A DNA stretch of 63,573 nt, filler included, from Ministeria vibrans ATCC 50519 (taxonomy: Eukaryota; Protista; Filasterea), in the NCBI GenBank assembly GCA_943704425.1. It is 6 parts of 6 records of this genome, joined end to end, with 100 filler letters (N's around TTAATTAATTAA, not from the genome) between each part and the next. Parts side by side here need not be neighbours in the genome. Positions count along the whole stretch, not along the records: positions 1 to 17,847 come from CALSCP010001906.1; 5 more parts are not named here. One strand, written 5' to 3'. Of this stretch, positions 1-17,947 are shown piece after piece. The notes under the pieces were generated by a model, which did no database searches, was not told the DNA's origin, and saw only the letters and a list, made by a program, of their open reading frames with translations. A program made the position numbers and the translations under genes. Positions within the stretch are counted from its first letter, which is position 1, and each line of letters begins with the position of its first letter.

Positions 1-12
1 AGAGAGAGAGAC

Positions 13-68
<56 letters not shown>

Positions 69-137
69 TAAGTCGTTGTTTTATGCATGTGTGTTTGTGT
101 TTGTGTTTGTGTTTGTGTTTGTGTTTGTGTTTGTTAC

Positions 138-240
138 AGTTCTTGTCCGAGAACTGTTGACCAGTCGGGAGTGTATGTCACATTGTCAAACTTGACCCAA
201 TTGGTGAATCGCCATCGATCAGAACTAAGAACAACACAAA

Positions 241-285
<45 letters not shown>

Positions 286-2254
286 TATTATTATTATTAT
301 TGTTATAATTTAAATGAGGGAGAGAGAAAAAAAGAAAGAATTGCAAATACCGAACGGAGAAGCCCATTGCGTGCGGATAGGACTGCGACTTGTGGGAACC
401 AGCTGAGTTTTGCCGAGGGTACTGCGAGAAGGAATACTCACTCCACTGGGCCTAATTCATGTGGGAACGGCAGAATGAGACACAGTGCCACAGTGACATA
501 GCGTGAGAGAGAATGCGAGTGAATGAGACACAATGCTTACTTTTGGATTGTCTAGAAGGGGCTTCAGACTCTTTCCCTGACAGTGAGCGGGAATCGGGAG
601 ACCGGCAAGATCGGCCAAAGTTGGGTATATATCGATGTGCCCCACAAGTTGATTCAGCTCAGTGCCACGAAGCGCAGGGAATTCGGGCGAACGCAGAATG
701 AGCGGCGCACGAGCAGCCACTTCAAAGTTGGTGTGTTTGCACCACTCTGCGTGTTCACCCACTGGGGTGCGTGAGTGTGCGTAGAAAAAAAATCAAGTGA
801 GTGAGTGAGATACACAGAGAATATAAGTGAGACAACTTGAGGGCGTGGGTGAGCAGCTGTGTGTGCTTTTGGGGTGTCTGTAGCTTACACTGCCAACCGT
901 GATCTCCCCAGAAGATCACTGTTGTATTCTGCGTCAGATTGAGTTCATCAAGCGCATCCAACAGGCGGCCCACCTGGTGGTCAGTGCTATAACATCATGA
1001 AGACACGAGTGAGACAGACAACAGTGAAGTGACACAAAAAATAGTACAAAGAAACCGCTGCAAAGTATGCACGACGAAGGTCTCGTGCTGTATGGTCAGG
1101 CATGTCGTTCTCAATGCCATTCTTGAGGTGCAGTGCTTTGATGTCAGCGTAGTTGCGCAGCTAAGTGAGTGAAGTGGCACACACGAGAAGAAGGAACAAT
1201 GATTAAGGTTAGGATTATCATTCGGGCTTAATACCTCGCCCCAATTGGACCAGGCAATGGAAGGCATTCCCACAGGAGGATTGGAGTCATTTGCAATGTG
1301 AATGTCGGCTTGAGGATAGTACTCAAAGTACTTCGAGGGGCTGATGAAGGGCAGATGGGGCTTGTGGAGACCCGCCGCAATGAAGAAGGGCCGGTCGGAC
1401 GCACCGTACTGGCGCAGCTGGTCAATCGCGTGCGTCACAATCTGCGCGTCTGGGAACTCGTGTTCGGGAGCGCCGTCGTAGGCCATCCACGAGCAGTTGT
1501 CTGCGACACTCCAAGGAGCCGTTTTAGCCGATGGTGCGTGAAAATATGGAACATTCCAGCTTGGTGGATCATCTCCTTCGCCATAGACGCCGGCACCCGA
1601 AGCATGGCCGGGGTGGAAAATCTGGAGATAGAAAAAAAGAAGATACAATTGTGAGAGGAGGGAGAGACAAATGTAAACAAACAAGATGTCAAACTACCTT
1701 TCCCTGACCCGCTACGGTGTATCCATGGTTCTTAAAGTGTTCTGGCAGCGTTGTTACGTTGGCACCAACCGAGCGGAAGTAGGTGTATCTGGCGGGGCGA
1801 GCACAGCGGTTTGGCGGTTACATTGGGGTTACATTGTGTTGATCTTCTGTTGATCTTACAAGTCGAAGACGTGTGACGAATCTGGGTAGAGGCCGCTGAG
1901 CAGCGAGGTCCGGGACGGTGAGCACACTGCTTGTTGGACGTAGTTACGCTTGAATAGGACGCCCTGGCGTTCATTGTTTGATTGAGTTGAGTGAGTTGAG
2001 TCTGAGTTGTTGTTTCCTGCGAAAACGACGCTACCTCCTTAGCGAGACGGTCAATGTTGGGCGTGTACATGTGCGTAAGGCCGTAGGCATTGATTTCCGG
2101 TCGAAGATCGTCCTGTTGAGCGACAGAGGGGAAAGTCCGAAAGTGTTTTGGTGAACTTGGAACAACTTACGACAGCAATGAAGAGCACATTAGGAGTCGA
2201 TCCATGCACAGCAACTAAAAATGCCAGACACACTGCAATAGATGCGAGATGCAT
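138..2254 (-). CDS. Iduronate-2-sulfatase-like sulfatase, multi-exon; 3' end runs off the window
   Basis: Signal peptide [18 protein letters not shown], then PNVLFIAV|[16 protein letters not shown], formylglycine motif [53 protein letters not shown] and [11 protein letters not shown]; exons joined by GT-AG introns. Confidence 0.9.
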
Positions 2255-3505
2255 AGCGAGTTTATTAGCGACAGGAGCTAGAAATTTTAATAAGAAAATT
2301 AATAATCGATTTTTAGTTACTTTGTTTGTAGTCAACTGGTTAATAGTGAATGAAAGTAGCGCCGTCAAACAAAGCTGGAGAGCCCCAAAACATGCGCACC
2401 CAACACTTCCTACCGATCAGCACTATGCTCACCCCAGTGGCGTACCAGAGAGAGACACGGTCGGCAAGACGGTATATTGCGCGCGACCAACGACGCTCAT
2501 AGCTCAATATGAGGCACTCCATTATCGCGGAGGAGGAAGAGAGGAAGTTGAACGGTGATTGTGACATGTAACATGTACTGTACCAAATAGTCACTACAGA
2601 ATATGTTTCATTTCATATCATATATTACTCAACTCCCGTTCGTTTGTTTGTTTCCCCTCCAATCTTTAGCAAACCAGCAACCCTACGACTGACCTGCCCC
2701 TCCAGGCTCCAGTGTGCCAAATAAACACACACAATCCACTCGGCCTTGTTACCGCCGCTGATCACTGACAGTGTTGTCTGACATGATCACTTCAAATTAA
2801 CGTCGCTAAACTTCAGTCTTTTTTCCTCGCGAGTAATACTAATCGTCTTTTTCGTCACCCGACCAACAATTACGCCTCCCAACAGTATACACTTAAAGTA
2901 CGCAGCTTACGTATTCTGGTTGTGTGTTTGAATGCGCAGGGTCGGAGAAAAAAAAAAGAAACAAACAAGAGTCGACTTCGTCTGCGGAAATAATTAACAA
3001 GGAAGTTGCAGGCGCATTACTTCATGCTATGATCATAGCACACGAGTGCCTTATAAGGGTTGTAAATGTACGTTTTCAGGGGTTTGATGTGGGGCCATGT
3101 GCAGGGGTTATGTTCTTGGAGAACGTCATAGGAACACTCGGGAGTTTTTTGCAGACGAGAGTCGACCATGCACGGGTTCGACCCAATTTTCTTTATTTCC
3201 GACCAATCTCCCCAAACAACCCTAGAGAAGAACATTTTTGCGTGCTTTATGATATATTACTATGCAGATCGTAGGGGCTGTATGTTTAGTGTGGAGACGG
3301 TTAAAGTTTCCCGTTGGAAAGTAGGGGGTGATTTGAGGGTGATTTTTCGTTTGTTAGTACTTCGACAAGTCGCATTTAAATAATAATACTACTACAACTA
3401 TTAATATTTTTTATTAATAATAATAATAATTTATTATTATTATTATACTGTTATCATAATGTTGGGAGAAAAGGAGTTTCACTTGGTTCACAAATTGTTT
3501 TTGTT

Positions 3506-4678
3506 TTGTTTTTACGGAGTATAGTGACGTTCTCATCCGCAACGACTGCAAAGCTCGTGTTTTCAGCCTTTGTCACGCTAAGCATCCTGGGCCAGACAGC
3601 ACAGAATCTGGCCTCGCCGCTTTGGTACGCCAGCCTCCCGGAAAGCTCTTGCGCAGATGCCTTCGTCCAGTTCCTCATCATGATCCTGTGGTACCCCGTC
3701 CTGTTTTTCCTCACCTCCGTTGCCGTGCGGGTATACAACGGACAGACTTGGTGGGGCTTTCTCACCCTGTACGACCGGCGAAAGCACTGGGTCATATTCA
3801 TGACAGGCCTGGTGGATGCCCTGAACGGTGCGTTGGTTATTCCCTCGAGCCCTTCGATGCGGACTCCAGCGATTGTTGCGGCCCTGATTGGCTCGACGAC
3901 TTTGCTGCCAATGATTATCGTCAAGCATTTCTACTTCCGTGTGAGCGACAAGAAGCCCTACAAGACTGGCCACTTTCTGTTGGTACTTTTTCTCTACCTT
4001 GCAACGGCGTATACAATTGTGTACGGGCCGGCAACGGACAAGCAGAACAAGGGCAACAACAAGGTCTATTGGTGGGTGATTTTCTTTATTGGCAGTGTGC
4101 TCGGCAATGCCTACAACATGATGCAGGAGCACAGCTTTCATTCGTGGGGTAAACATTCTACCTTTCCCGAATTTGTGCAGTACCTCTTCTGGCAGACGTT
4201 CTACCTGATGCTCTGGGGCTATGCGCTCATTTGGATGGACGTTATTCCGGGGTTCGGTGACGCTGCCAAGAGCGGACTTGAGTGTAGTCTTCACGACACA
4301 TTTTTAAACTCTTTCCGTGGCGATGCGCTGCTGTTCAACGTCATCTTCAACGTCGGCTACTACGTCACGTACATTGCAGCGTGCTTTGTGAACCATAGCG
4401 ACGCCCTCATCGGCACCATTTCGTCGGCAGCCGTCACAGCGCTCGTCACCGCCATTGCGTACAACAATGAGACGCTCACACCGGACAAGAGTGTTATTCA
4501 GATTGGCCTTGTCCCACTGACTATTATGCTGGCGGCAGTCAACATCTACCTGTACGAGCGATGGAGTGTCACCAACAACGTATACAGCCATCCAAAGGTT
4601 GATCCCGACGAGAGTACACACCTGCTTGGTGTTCAAGCTCAAAGTGAGCGCACAGAGCTGAGTGTTGTTGATCCATGA
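3506..4678 (+). CDS. CRT-like (chloroquine resistance transporter-like, DMT superfamily) multi-pass transporter; exact start uncertain
   Basis: 390-aa ORF with about 10 hydrophobic segments; motifs GLVDALNGALVI..S...RTP, NAYNMMQE and QYLFWQTFY....L.WMDVIPGFG match CRT-like proteins. Confidence 0.75.
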   Translation: MFLRSIVTFSSATTAKLVFSAFVTLSILGQTAQNLASPLWYASLPESSCADAFVQFLIMILWYPVLFFLTSVAVRVYNGQTWWGFLTLYDRRKHWVIFMTGLVDALNGALVIPSSPSMRTPAIVAALIGSTTLLPMIIVKHFYFRVSDKKPYKTGHFLLVLFLYLATAYTIVYGPATDKQNKGNNKVYWWVIFFIGSVLGNAYNMMQEHSFHSWGKHSTFPEFVQYLFWQTFYLMLWGYALIWMDVIPGFGDAAKSGLECSLHDTFLNSFRGDALLFNVIFNVGYYVTYIAACFVNHSDALIGTISSAAVTALVTAIAYNNETLTPDKSVIQIGLVPLTIMLAAVNIYLYERWSVTNNVYSHPKVDPDESTHLLGVQAQSERTELSVVDP

Positions 4679-5200
4679 TCATGATTGAGAGATATTGAAT
4701 AATAAAAATAAGACTAATAATAATTTATTATTACTATTAATAAGAATACTAATTTTAATAAAATAATAATAATATTAATGAATAATGAGTTGGAGGTTGG
4801 CGGCCTTGCAAAAATGAGAATATGAGAAGTCCGATTTTTTTTAAAAAGTAGTTTTTGTTTTATAATCAATAAAAATAATTATNNNNNNNNNNNNNNNNNN
4901 NNNNNNNNNNNNNNNNNNNNNNNNNNNNNNNNNNNNNNNNNNNNNNNNNNNNNNNNNNNNNNNNNNNNNNNNNNNNNNNNNNNNNNNNNNNNNNNNNNNN
5001 NNNNNNNNNNNNNNNNNNNNNNNNNNNNNNNNNNNNNNNNNNNNNNNNNNNNNNNNNNNNNNNNNNNNNNNNNNNNNNNNNTAAATAATTTTATTAATTA
5101 TAATCAATATTATTTGTTTATTGCCTCACGCTGTCTCTGACTTGTCTCACTTGTCTGGTTATTCTCAACAGCACAGTTAAGAGTGCCGCTATTTTTTTTC

Positions 5201-5331
5201 ATGTCAACACTGGTAAGTAAGACGAAGCGTCGTCGCTCAATAAAACGGTGTATTGACAGGAGGAATCGCCGATGACGCGTGTCGCGGAGGGCCAGGGGCC
5301 ACTGGACACGGCTGAGACTGCGGCTGCCGAG

Positions 5332-5362
<31 letters not shown>

Positions 5363-6879
5363 GCGTGCGCGAGAAGGCGCGTCTTGCAAACGAGGCCAAA
5401 GTGGCCGTTGAGCGGGCGCGTCACGAGCAACGCGCCCAGCGGTTTGGCGTGGCTGTTGTCGAGCCCCGACGCGGCCGGGTTTTGTCGCACACCGAGTATA
5501 GCATGGAGCGGTATGCAAACCGCGATCCGAACAGGTTTGTGGCGGGCATCGACATTCTTGCCGAGGACGAGCTCAAACGACGCAATGTGCGAATGGCTCG
5601 CTTTGGCGTCATCCGCGGCGTCGAAGATCCCATTGAGGATTTGGAAACGGTGCGTGCCCGCGAAGCACACGAGGCCGCGGAGCGTGAGCTACGACGACAG
5701 CGCTCAGAGCGCTTCAACATGGAGGAAGCTGAGGAGGAGACGACGATGGCGATGGAAGTCGACGCCTACGAGCCACAGCGCGAAGTCGAAGAGGGCGAAC
5801 AGCTGCGCGACAATGCCTTGCAAATATACGGCCTGGACACCATGTCGACCGGTGACATTCATCGGTACTTTCGTGACGCAGGGAACCCCGCGTCATTCAT
5901 CGAGTGGGTCAATGACTCGGCGGCTAACGTTGTCTTCGACGATGCGCCCAGTGCCGCGCGTGCTCTCGTCACCATCTGCCAACTGCCAAGTAACAAACAA
6001 ACAAACAAAAGAGCCAAAAAAAAGTCAAAAAGTCAAACCTCAAAAGAAAAAAAACGAGCAAAAAAAGTAACATTGTTGTTTGGTCAATGTTGTGTAGTTT
6101 GTCACGAGACTGGGGAGATGATTCGGATTGAGCCGTTTGCGTGGCGCAAGGCACTGCCACATCCACAGGCACCTGCGCTGGTTGTGCGGTATGCGACGGA
6201 CCGGGACACCAAGGTATTGGGTGCAGCTGCCAAGAGCCATTTCTATGCGACGTTTGGACGGAGACGGGGACGAGGCGGTGGAGCTAGAGGAGCAGGAGGA
6301 GGGCGCAGGGGGAGGCGACGTGTGCACAGCGAGGGAGAGGAGGAAGAAAGTGGAGGCGGACGAGGACGGAAGGAGAGGCGACGCACGCAGGAGGCTGATG
6401 AGGTGGAGGTGGAGGACGGTGCTGCAGATGGTGTTGATGGTAGGGAGCCGGTAGTGGATGAGGCTGGGAGAGTGGTGCGGGGACGCGGGCGGAAGCGACG
6501 GCTGAACGGCGACGGAGGAGCGCAGGATGCAGTGATGGGAAAGGGAAGCGACAATGGCGAGCATGGTGGTGAGAGTGTGGAGGACGAAGGGGAGGAAGGA
6601 GGCGAGGTGGGTGCGGAGGATGGGGATGGAGGGGTGCGCAAACGACGCAGACGCAGTGCAGGCAGAATACGCCCGGGTGACGCCTACATTTTGAACGATG
6701 TGCTTCCGAGCCAGATTCTTGACAGTCCCTCACCACCTGCGCCATCTTCGACATCCTCAACAGCAACAGCATCAGCAACAACAACAACAACAACCGAAAG
6801 TCTCTCTCGACTTCCTCCTGGCCTGTCGGCGCGACTGCAGATGCGTGTGGGTGCAAATGGTGGCGACAATGTTCAATAA
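5201..6879 (+). CDS. NCBP3: Nuclear cap-binding protein subunit 3-like (DUF2414 RRM)
   Basis: R..RF helices, ALQIYGLDTMSTGDIHRYF...FIEWVNDSAANVVF and VRYATDRDTK, then an RG/acidic tail; short first exon MSTL (intron about 5213-5259) and a probable intron about 5989-6097. Confidence 0.75.
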
Positions 6880-7080
6880 AAAATTAAAAATTTAATATTG
6901 TGTAGTGTTAAGTGTACTGAAGGATATAGGAGGAAGGAAGTGATGAGAAATGAGAGAGTGCGCCATGGCTTTTGTATGGTTAAGATTCAAGGAGTGTCGT
7001 TAATGTTAGTTGAAGTCTTCAGGACGACGCAAGAGGCAGTGCCAGTCTACAAGACGATGTGATGACAATAATAAAAATAA

Positions 7081-7767
7081 TTAATCATGATGATTGTTCA
7101 ACAAGTCGTATCTCTCTCGTACCACAGTGTCGCCAGCGCTCACCGCTTGACTTTGCGAGTTAAGAAAGGCGCAAGAGGCGCCACCATTCTCGACTCGGCT
7201 GACAATGACGGAGAGGACGACCTGTGGGCCGGACAGAGTGACTGTCTGCGTCTCGTCAATGTCGCCCGTCTGAATAACGGCCGACGCATCAATCGACACG
7301 AAGGCGAATTCCGAAGAAAGCTCAGTCACGCTCGACCGCTTGTAGTACGTCCCCGCCGCTGCGTTCGCCGTCACCGAGAGGCTGCCCGTACAGTACAGTT
7401 CGGCGCTGAACCGAAAACGCGAGACAAAAAATTAGAGAGTCATAATAATAATACTGATAAAAACAAAAAAAAGAAACGATTGCAAAAAATGGAGAGATAG
7501 GAGAGAGAAAAGGGAAGAAAAGGGTCATTGAGCAAGGTAGCATTCACTATTGGCGTCGGTCTGTCGCGCAGACGGTCGCAAAAGCAGGAAAAAAAAAAAA
7601 AGAAAAAAGTCACAATGTGATGTGAGTGACGTCAGCAGAGATAAGCGAAAGAAGGGACAACCCCTTAAGGCGTACCGGCAGCGGGTCACGCCAGGCACAG
7701 GGGTGCCACTGGAAAAGACACCGGCAACGAGAGCGAAGAGGGCAACGTAAGAGAGGACGTGCGGCAT
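7081..7767 (-). CDS. Small secreted hypothetical protein (probably 3 exons)
   Basis: Signal-peptide-like MPHVLSYVALFALVAGVFS; GC-rich coding-like exon 7081-7406; exon phasing not fully resolved. Confidence 0.4.
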
Positions 7768-8227
7768 TGCTGAGAAGGCGAAACAAAACTGTGTGAACAG
7801 TGAAACTGTCAAACTTTTTTTCTGATCAGTGTCTCAAAGTCTCAATCAGTCAAACTGAAAATTGAAAAAGTTAATACTTATCTAGGGAGATAAGGTTGAC
7901 TCACTTCAGTCAGTACAGTGTCAGGTCACTCGGGAACAACAACAAAAACACAAGTGTAGTCGCTATCCAGCGAGCTTATCGCAATAGTACGTCTTACCAG
8001 ACAGCCCAATGAGAGAGTTCAGCTCACACGTAGGCGAGAGAGCCAGAGAGGCGTTTCCCCGCGCGGTGTGATCAAAAACTGATCATGGGAGTTGGTATAT
8101 CAAGTCAGACGTTGTCCGTGGGGCGTTTTTAGTTTGATAGCAGCTACTTAGAAATTACGAGTTTATTATAATAATTATTTTTATAATTATCGGCTGAAAA
8201 TGAATAAACAAACCACATTAATTTTTC

Positions 8228-13940
<5,713 letters not shown>

Positions 13941-14804
13941 TCTTCAAAAATACGAAGTTGGGTTCGTTGTTGGCTTGACTGTGTGGCGTTTCTCTTTGTC
14001 TTATGGAGGAGTGAGAGCAGAGAGGAATAAAAATTAGTGAATGGAAATTAATTTTTAATCTTGGATCAAGTTGTGCTTTCCTTAAATTGGGCCCCCTACG
14101 CATTGTGATTAGGATCACATCCTGTAAGAACTCTCAATACAGGCCGTAGTCTTGTAGAAGGCGTCTGGACCCGCCCTCGACCACCGTTGGGGAATGGGGA
14201 GACAGCAACGCCGAAAGTAAGTCACTGATCAAAAAATGGATCCTTTCTTTATTCTTTCCAGACGATTGCAAGCCAAAAGTATATGGCGTGCAAAAGCTCC
14301 TATCCAGGGTCACCACATCGTCTTTTGGACGATTCTTACAAGAGACACAAAATGTTTTTGGACCTTACCAAATTTCTACCGGAACTAATGAACCTTACTC
14401 GAAACTGACCGATTCTCACTACGACGATCACTCGCTGACCAGCACGAGCAAGCAGAAAAGCACACGTGTTCTCATTGCTGTGCAGTCGGCGAATAGCGAC
14501 TGCGCATAAGGGGTTTAATTGCGTCGGTGCTTTTCGATGACACTCCGATGACAAGTCATCCAAATAATAATTAAAAAAAGTTCCTAGCGCGCCTGAGAAG
14601 CATTTCCAACGCAGACTACAAGGGATCAGACTATCAGAGGTGCAGCGCAACGGAGGAGGGGTGTGCGTGTACTTGTTTAACGGAATGAACTTGATCAAAG
14701 TAAATTATTATTCATTATTTTTCCCTCGCTCCCGTCTTCTTCTTTGCATCGTCAGGCTGTTTGAGTAGGCATCTCTCGGCTACCAAGAAGTTTTCCCAGC
14801 AGCA

Positions 14805-15023
14805 ATGGCCTCTTCGTGTATTGATCCTGGTGGGAAAACAAAAGCAGAAAGAAAGAGAAGAAGGTCCCACGATGCTTACGAGACTGACAATGCCCTTAGG
14901 AGACACGGCATGGGTGCTCTTGTCGACCATCCTGGTGCTGACTATGGTCCCTGCGTTGGCCTTTTTCGAGGCGGGCAGTACGTGAAGAAGTTATGAGGAG
15001 CAACCCAACGGACTCAATCACTT

Positions 15024-15116
<93 letters not shown>

Positions 15117-17383
15117 GTGCTCCGGTCGAAGAACACCGTCTCCATCCTGACGCAAGTCCTTGGCGGTCTGGCCATCCTAACGTGCCTCTGGTTTGTGATT
15201 GGCTTCTCTCTTGCCTTTGGCGAGTCGCTTGGTGGCTTCATTGGCTCGCCAACGACCTACCCCTTCTTTTTCAACGTCAAAACCAACGAGTGCTTTGACA
15301 AGCCTGGCGCCGCGTACGCCCCCTACATTCCTGCTATTGCCTTTGCCATGTTCGAAAACATGTTTGCCTCGATTGCGCCTCTGCTGCTCACAGGCGCCTT
15401 TGCAGAGCGTCTTAGGTGGAACTCCTTTGTCACCTTCATCATCGCCTGGGAGGTACTCCTCCTGCAACACTATCAATTGTTCTTTTTTTAATGTTTGTTT
15501 GTTTTTTTTGTTTGTTTGTTTTTTGTTTGTTTGCTTGTTTGTTTATTTGTTTGCTTGTTTTTTTCTTCTTTATTTGTGTGTGTGTGTGTGTATTTAGTTC
15601 CTTGTGTACATTCCCGTCTGCCACTGGATTTGGGGCCAAGGAGGATTCCTCAAGAACATGGGTGTGCTCGATTTTGCCGGAGGAATTGTCCTGCACACCT
15701 CTGCAGGATCGGCCGCCATCGTCTCAGCACTGTATCTGGGACGACGAAAAGACTTTTTAGAGAACCACGGGGAGTTTGCACCGAGCAATCTTCCGATTGC
15801 TGCAGTGGGTGGTGCACTACTGTGGATGGGATGGGTAAGAGCCAAAATAACCTTTGCAAAAGAGCAACGAAAAAAAAGAGCTCCCCTGATCCCAACCTAT
15901 TTCAGTTTGGGTTCAATGCGGGGAGTGCGTTCTCCTCAGGCGCAGTGAGTGCAAGTGCCGTCAGTGCAACGCAGTTTGGCTCGGCATCATGCTGTGCTGT
16001 TTGGATGATTCTCTCGCACTACCACCACAGGCCTAACATTGCAGATGTTCTCAACGGCGCAATCGCAGGTAACTCAAAACGCATTCCCATTGCACATTTC
16101 TTTTCTCAACTCAAAACTCCCCCCTGACACTCTTTGTTCTTTCGTCTATAGGTCTGGCAGGAATCACTCCCGCAAGTGGGTACGTGACCGTGCAGGCGTC
16201 CGTTGTGATTGGTCTGGTTTTGGGTGTTTCGTCGTACTACAGTGTGGAGCTTCTCAAACATCGTCTTCACATTGACGATGCCCTTGACGTCAGCTCGGTA
16301 ATGATCATCCTTTGTTGTAGTTTCTGTGTCACTCATTTTATAAAGAATAGATTCATGGTCTGACTGGAGTGGTGGGGAGCATTAGCATTGGCTTTGCTGC
16401 CACACTTGGAGAGAACCCCGCAGGAGCAGACGGACTCATTTACTCATCGTCACCAAGGTATCGCGAACCCAAAGTCATATTGCAAAATTTCAGATTGTCA
16501 CTCGAATTGTCACTTCAAATAGATTATTAGGAGTGCAGTGTCTTGCGATTCTGATTGTCGGCGTGTGGTCGTCTGGCATTACCTTTCTCATTCTCAAAGT
16601 GATCGATCGCGTTTTTATCTTGAAGGTAACCAACACTCACCATTAACTCACTCACATTGCAATTGCCTTATCCACGCTCACATTAATTGACTCATTTACG
16701 CTCACTCTTTCATATTGCGACTGACTCATTTTCTCACACTGACTGACTCATTCTCACTCTTTCATATTGCAACTGACTCATTCACTCACTCTCATGTCAG
16801 ATCTCATCGTCGGACGACAGTGGCCTGGATGCCCTAGAGCACGACTGTGAGGCGTATCGCATTAGCCACCACTCCCCCGAGCACACCCTGCACAAAAGTG
16901 ACAGCACTGCGTCCTTTATGGATGACAGTAGGATGACATCCCCACTGCTGGGACGCGCGCTTATCGACCCTATCACAGCAACACCACTGCATGCATCGGA
17001 TGCCCCGCACGAAGATGCTCTTGTGTATGCCAGTATGCGGCGTGCAAGTGCCGCCGACGCACTTCCCGACGACCCTTCCTCTGCAGCGGCCAGTGCCGTT
17101 GCTCACCTTTCAAAGGTGATCTCTCCCCCCTCTTCTTCATCAACCGCACTGCCACACACTGCTGTATGCAACACACACACATACCCACACACACACCCAC
17201 ACACATCCACACTTGCTAAACTAAAAAAAAATGATCTCTTCCCTTACTTAGAGTCCAAACATACTGCTCACTCGACGGCAAGCGAGTCGTCAGAATCTCG
17301 CGGAAAAGGCCCTTGCCAAACGAGAGAAGAAGACTCGCGAAAAATCAGCAGCGTCCGCGACAGGTCTCGTAGGCGACACTTAA
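14805..17383 (+). CDS. Ammonium transporter (Amt/MEP family) with a long cytoplasmic C-tail
   Basis: Spliced [47 protein letters not shown]|[14 protein letters not shown]|LAGITPASG and IDDALDVSS|IHG. Confidence 0.95.
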
Positions 17384-17422
17384 GCATACAAATGAACAGA
17401 ATAATACTTATCAACTTGTGGT

Positions 17423-17772
17423 TCATTTGGAATGGGGATCCCACGCTTCAATTTTGGGTTTGGTGGTGTTCCAGGGAACGTATTCGCGTGTTGACCCGGT
17501 GCGGTTGGGCTCGTAGGGAGTCTCAAACGAAGGCTTGTAGTGCATGTTGGGATCCTACCAAAAACATACAAACAAACAAAAGAAAGAAAGAATCAGGGGA
17601 CTCCGAAAGGCGTGTGTTGACGCGAGTGCACAAAAGGGCAAATTGTTCGTTAGTACGTCGTGCGGTGGGCTGTCTGCGATGTGGTGCATCCAACGATGCC
17701 ATCTTGCAGGGATGTAGGACGCGTCAAACTCGCGCGGACTGATCTTGGTGGGCTCAACCCATCGATTGTTGC
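17423..17772 (-). CDS. NDUFA12: Complex I subunit NDUFA12/B17.2, last two exons; 5' part lost at a contig break
   Basis: NRWVE...FDASYIPARWHRWMHH..DSPP|...EPNRTGSTREYVPWNTTKPKIEAWDP*. Confidence 0.85.
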
Positions 17773-17891
17773 CTGAGAGCAAGAGGAGAGAGAATGAGGA
17801 GGGAGAATGAGGAGAGAGTGAGAGAGAGAGAGACAGTTTTTGTTTTTNNNNNNNNNNNNNNNNNNNNNNNNNNNNNNNNNNNNNNNNNNNN

Positions 17892-17903
17892 TTAATTAAT
17901 TAA
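17892..17903. other. Artificial contig-joining linker TTAATTAATTAA (also at 40261, 46662, 58910 and 62299)
   Basis: Identical palindromic 12-mer with stops in all six frames, each flanked by N runs. Confidence 0.95.
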
Positions 17904-17947
17904 NNNNNNNNNNNNNNNNNNNNNNNNNNNNNNNNNNNNNNNNNNNN

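Noticed and set aside
2924-3383. Short ORFs between the sulfatase and the CRT-like gene
   Set aside because: No recognisable motif or consistent exon structure
13950-14800. Short ORFs between ABCB and Amt
   Set aside because: Divergent promoter region; no supportable coding signal
16640-16800. Repeated actcattctcactctttcatattgc units resembling a CRISPR-like array
   Set aside because: Degenerate intronic minisatellite with no unique spacers, in a eukaryotic Amt intron
17380-17571. ORF-track peptide whose stop would overlap the Amt stop in a TTAA palindrome
   Set aside because: Wrong frame; the conserved NDUFA12 frame ends at 17423
17848-17947. Recurrent palindrome TTAATTAATTAA (5 copies) as a biological repeat or piggyBac TTAA site
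   Set aside because: Always embedded in N runs and encodes stops in all six frames, so it is an assembly linker; gene adjacency across it is meaningless
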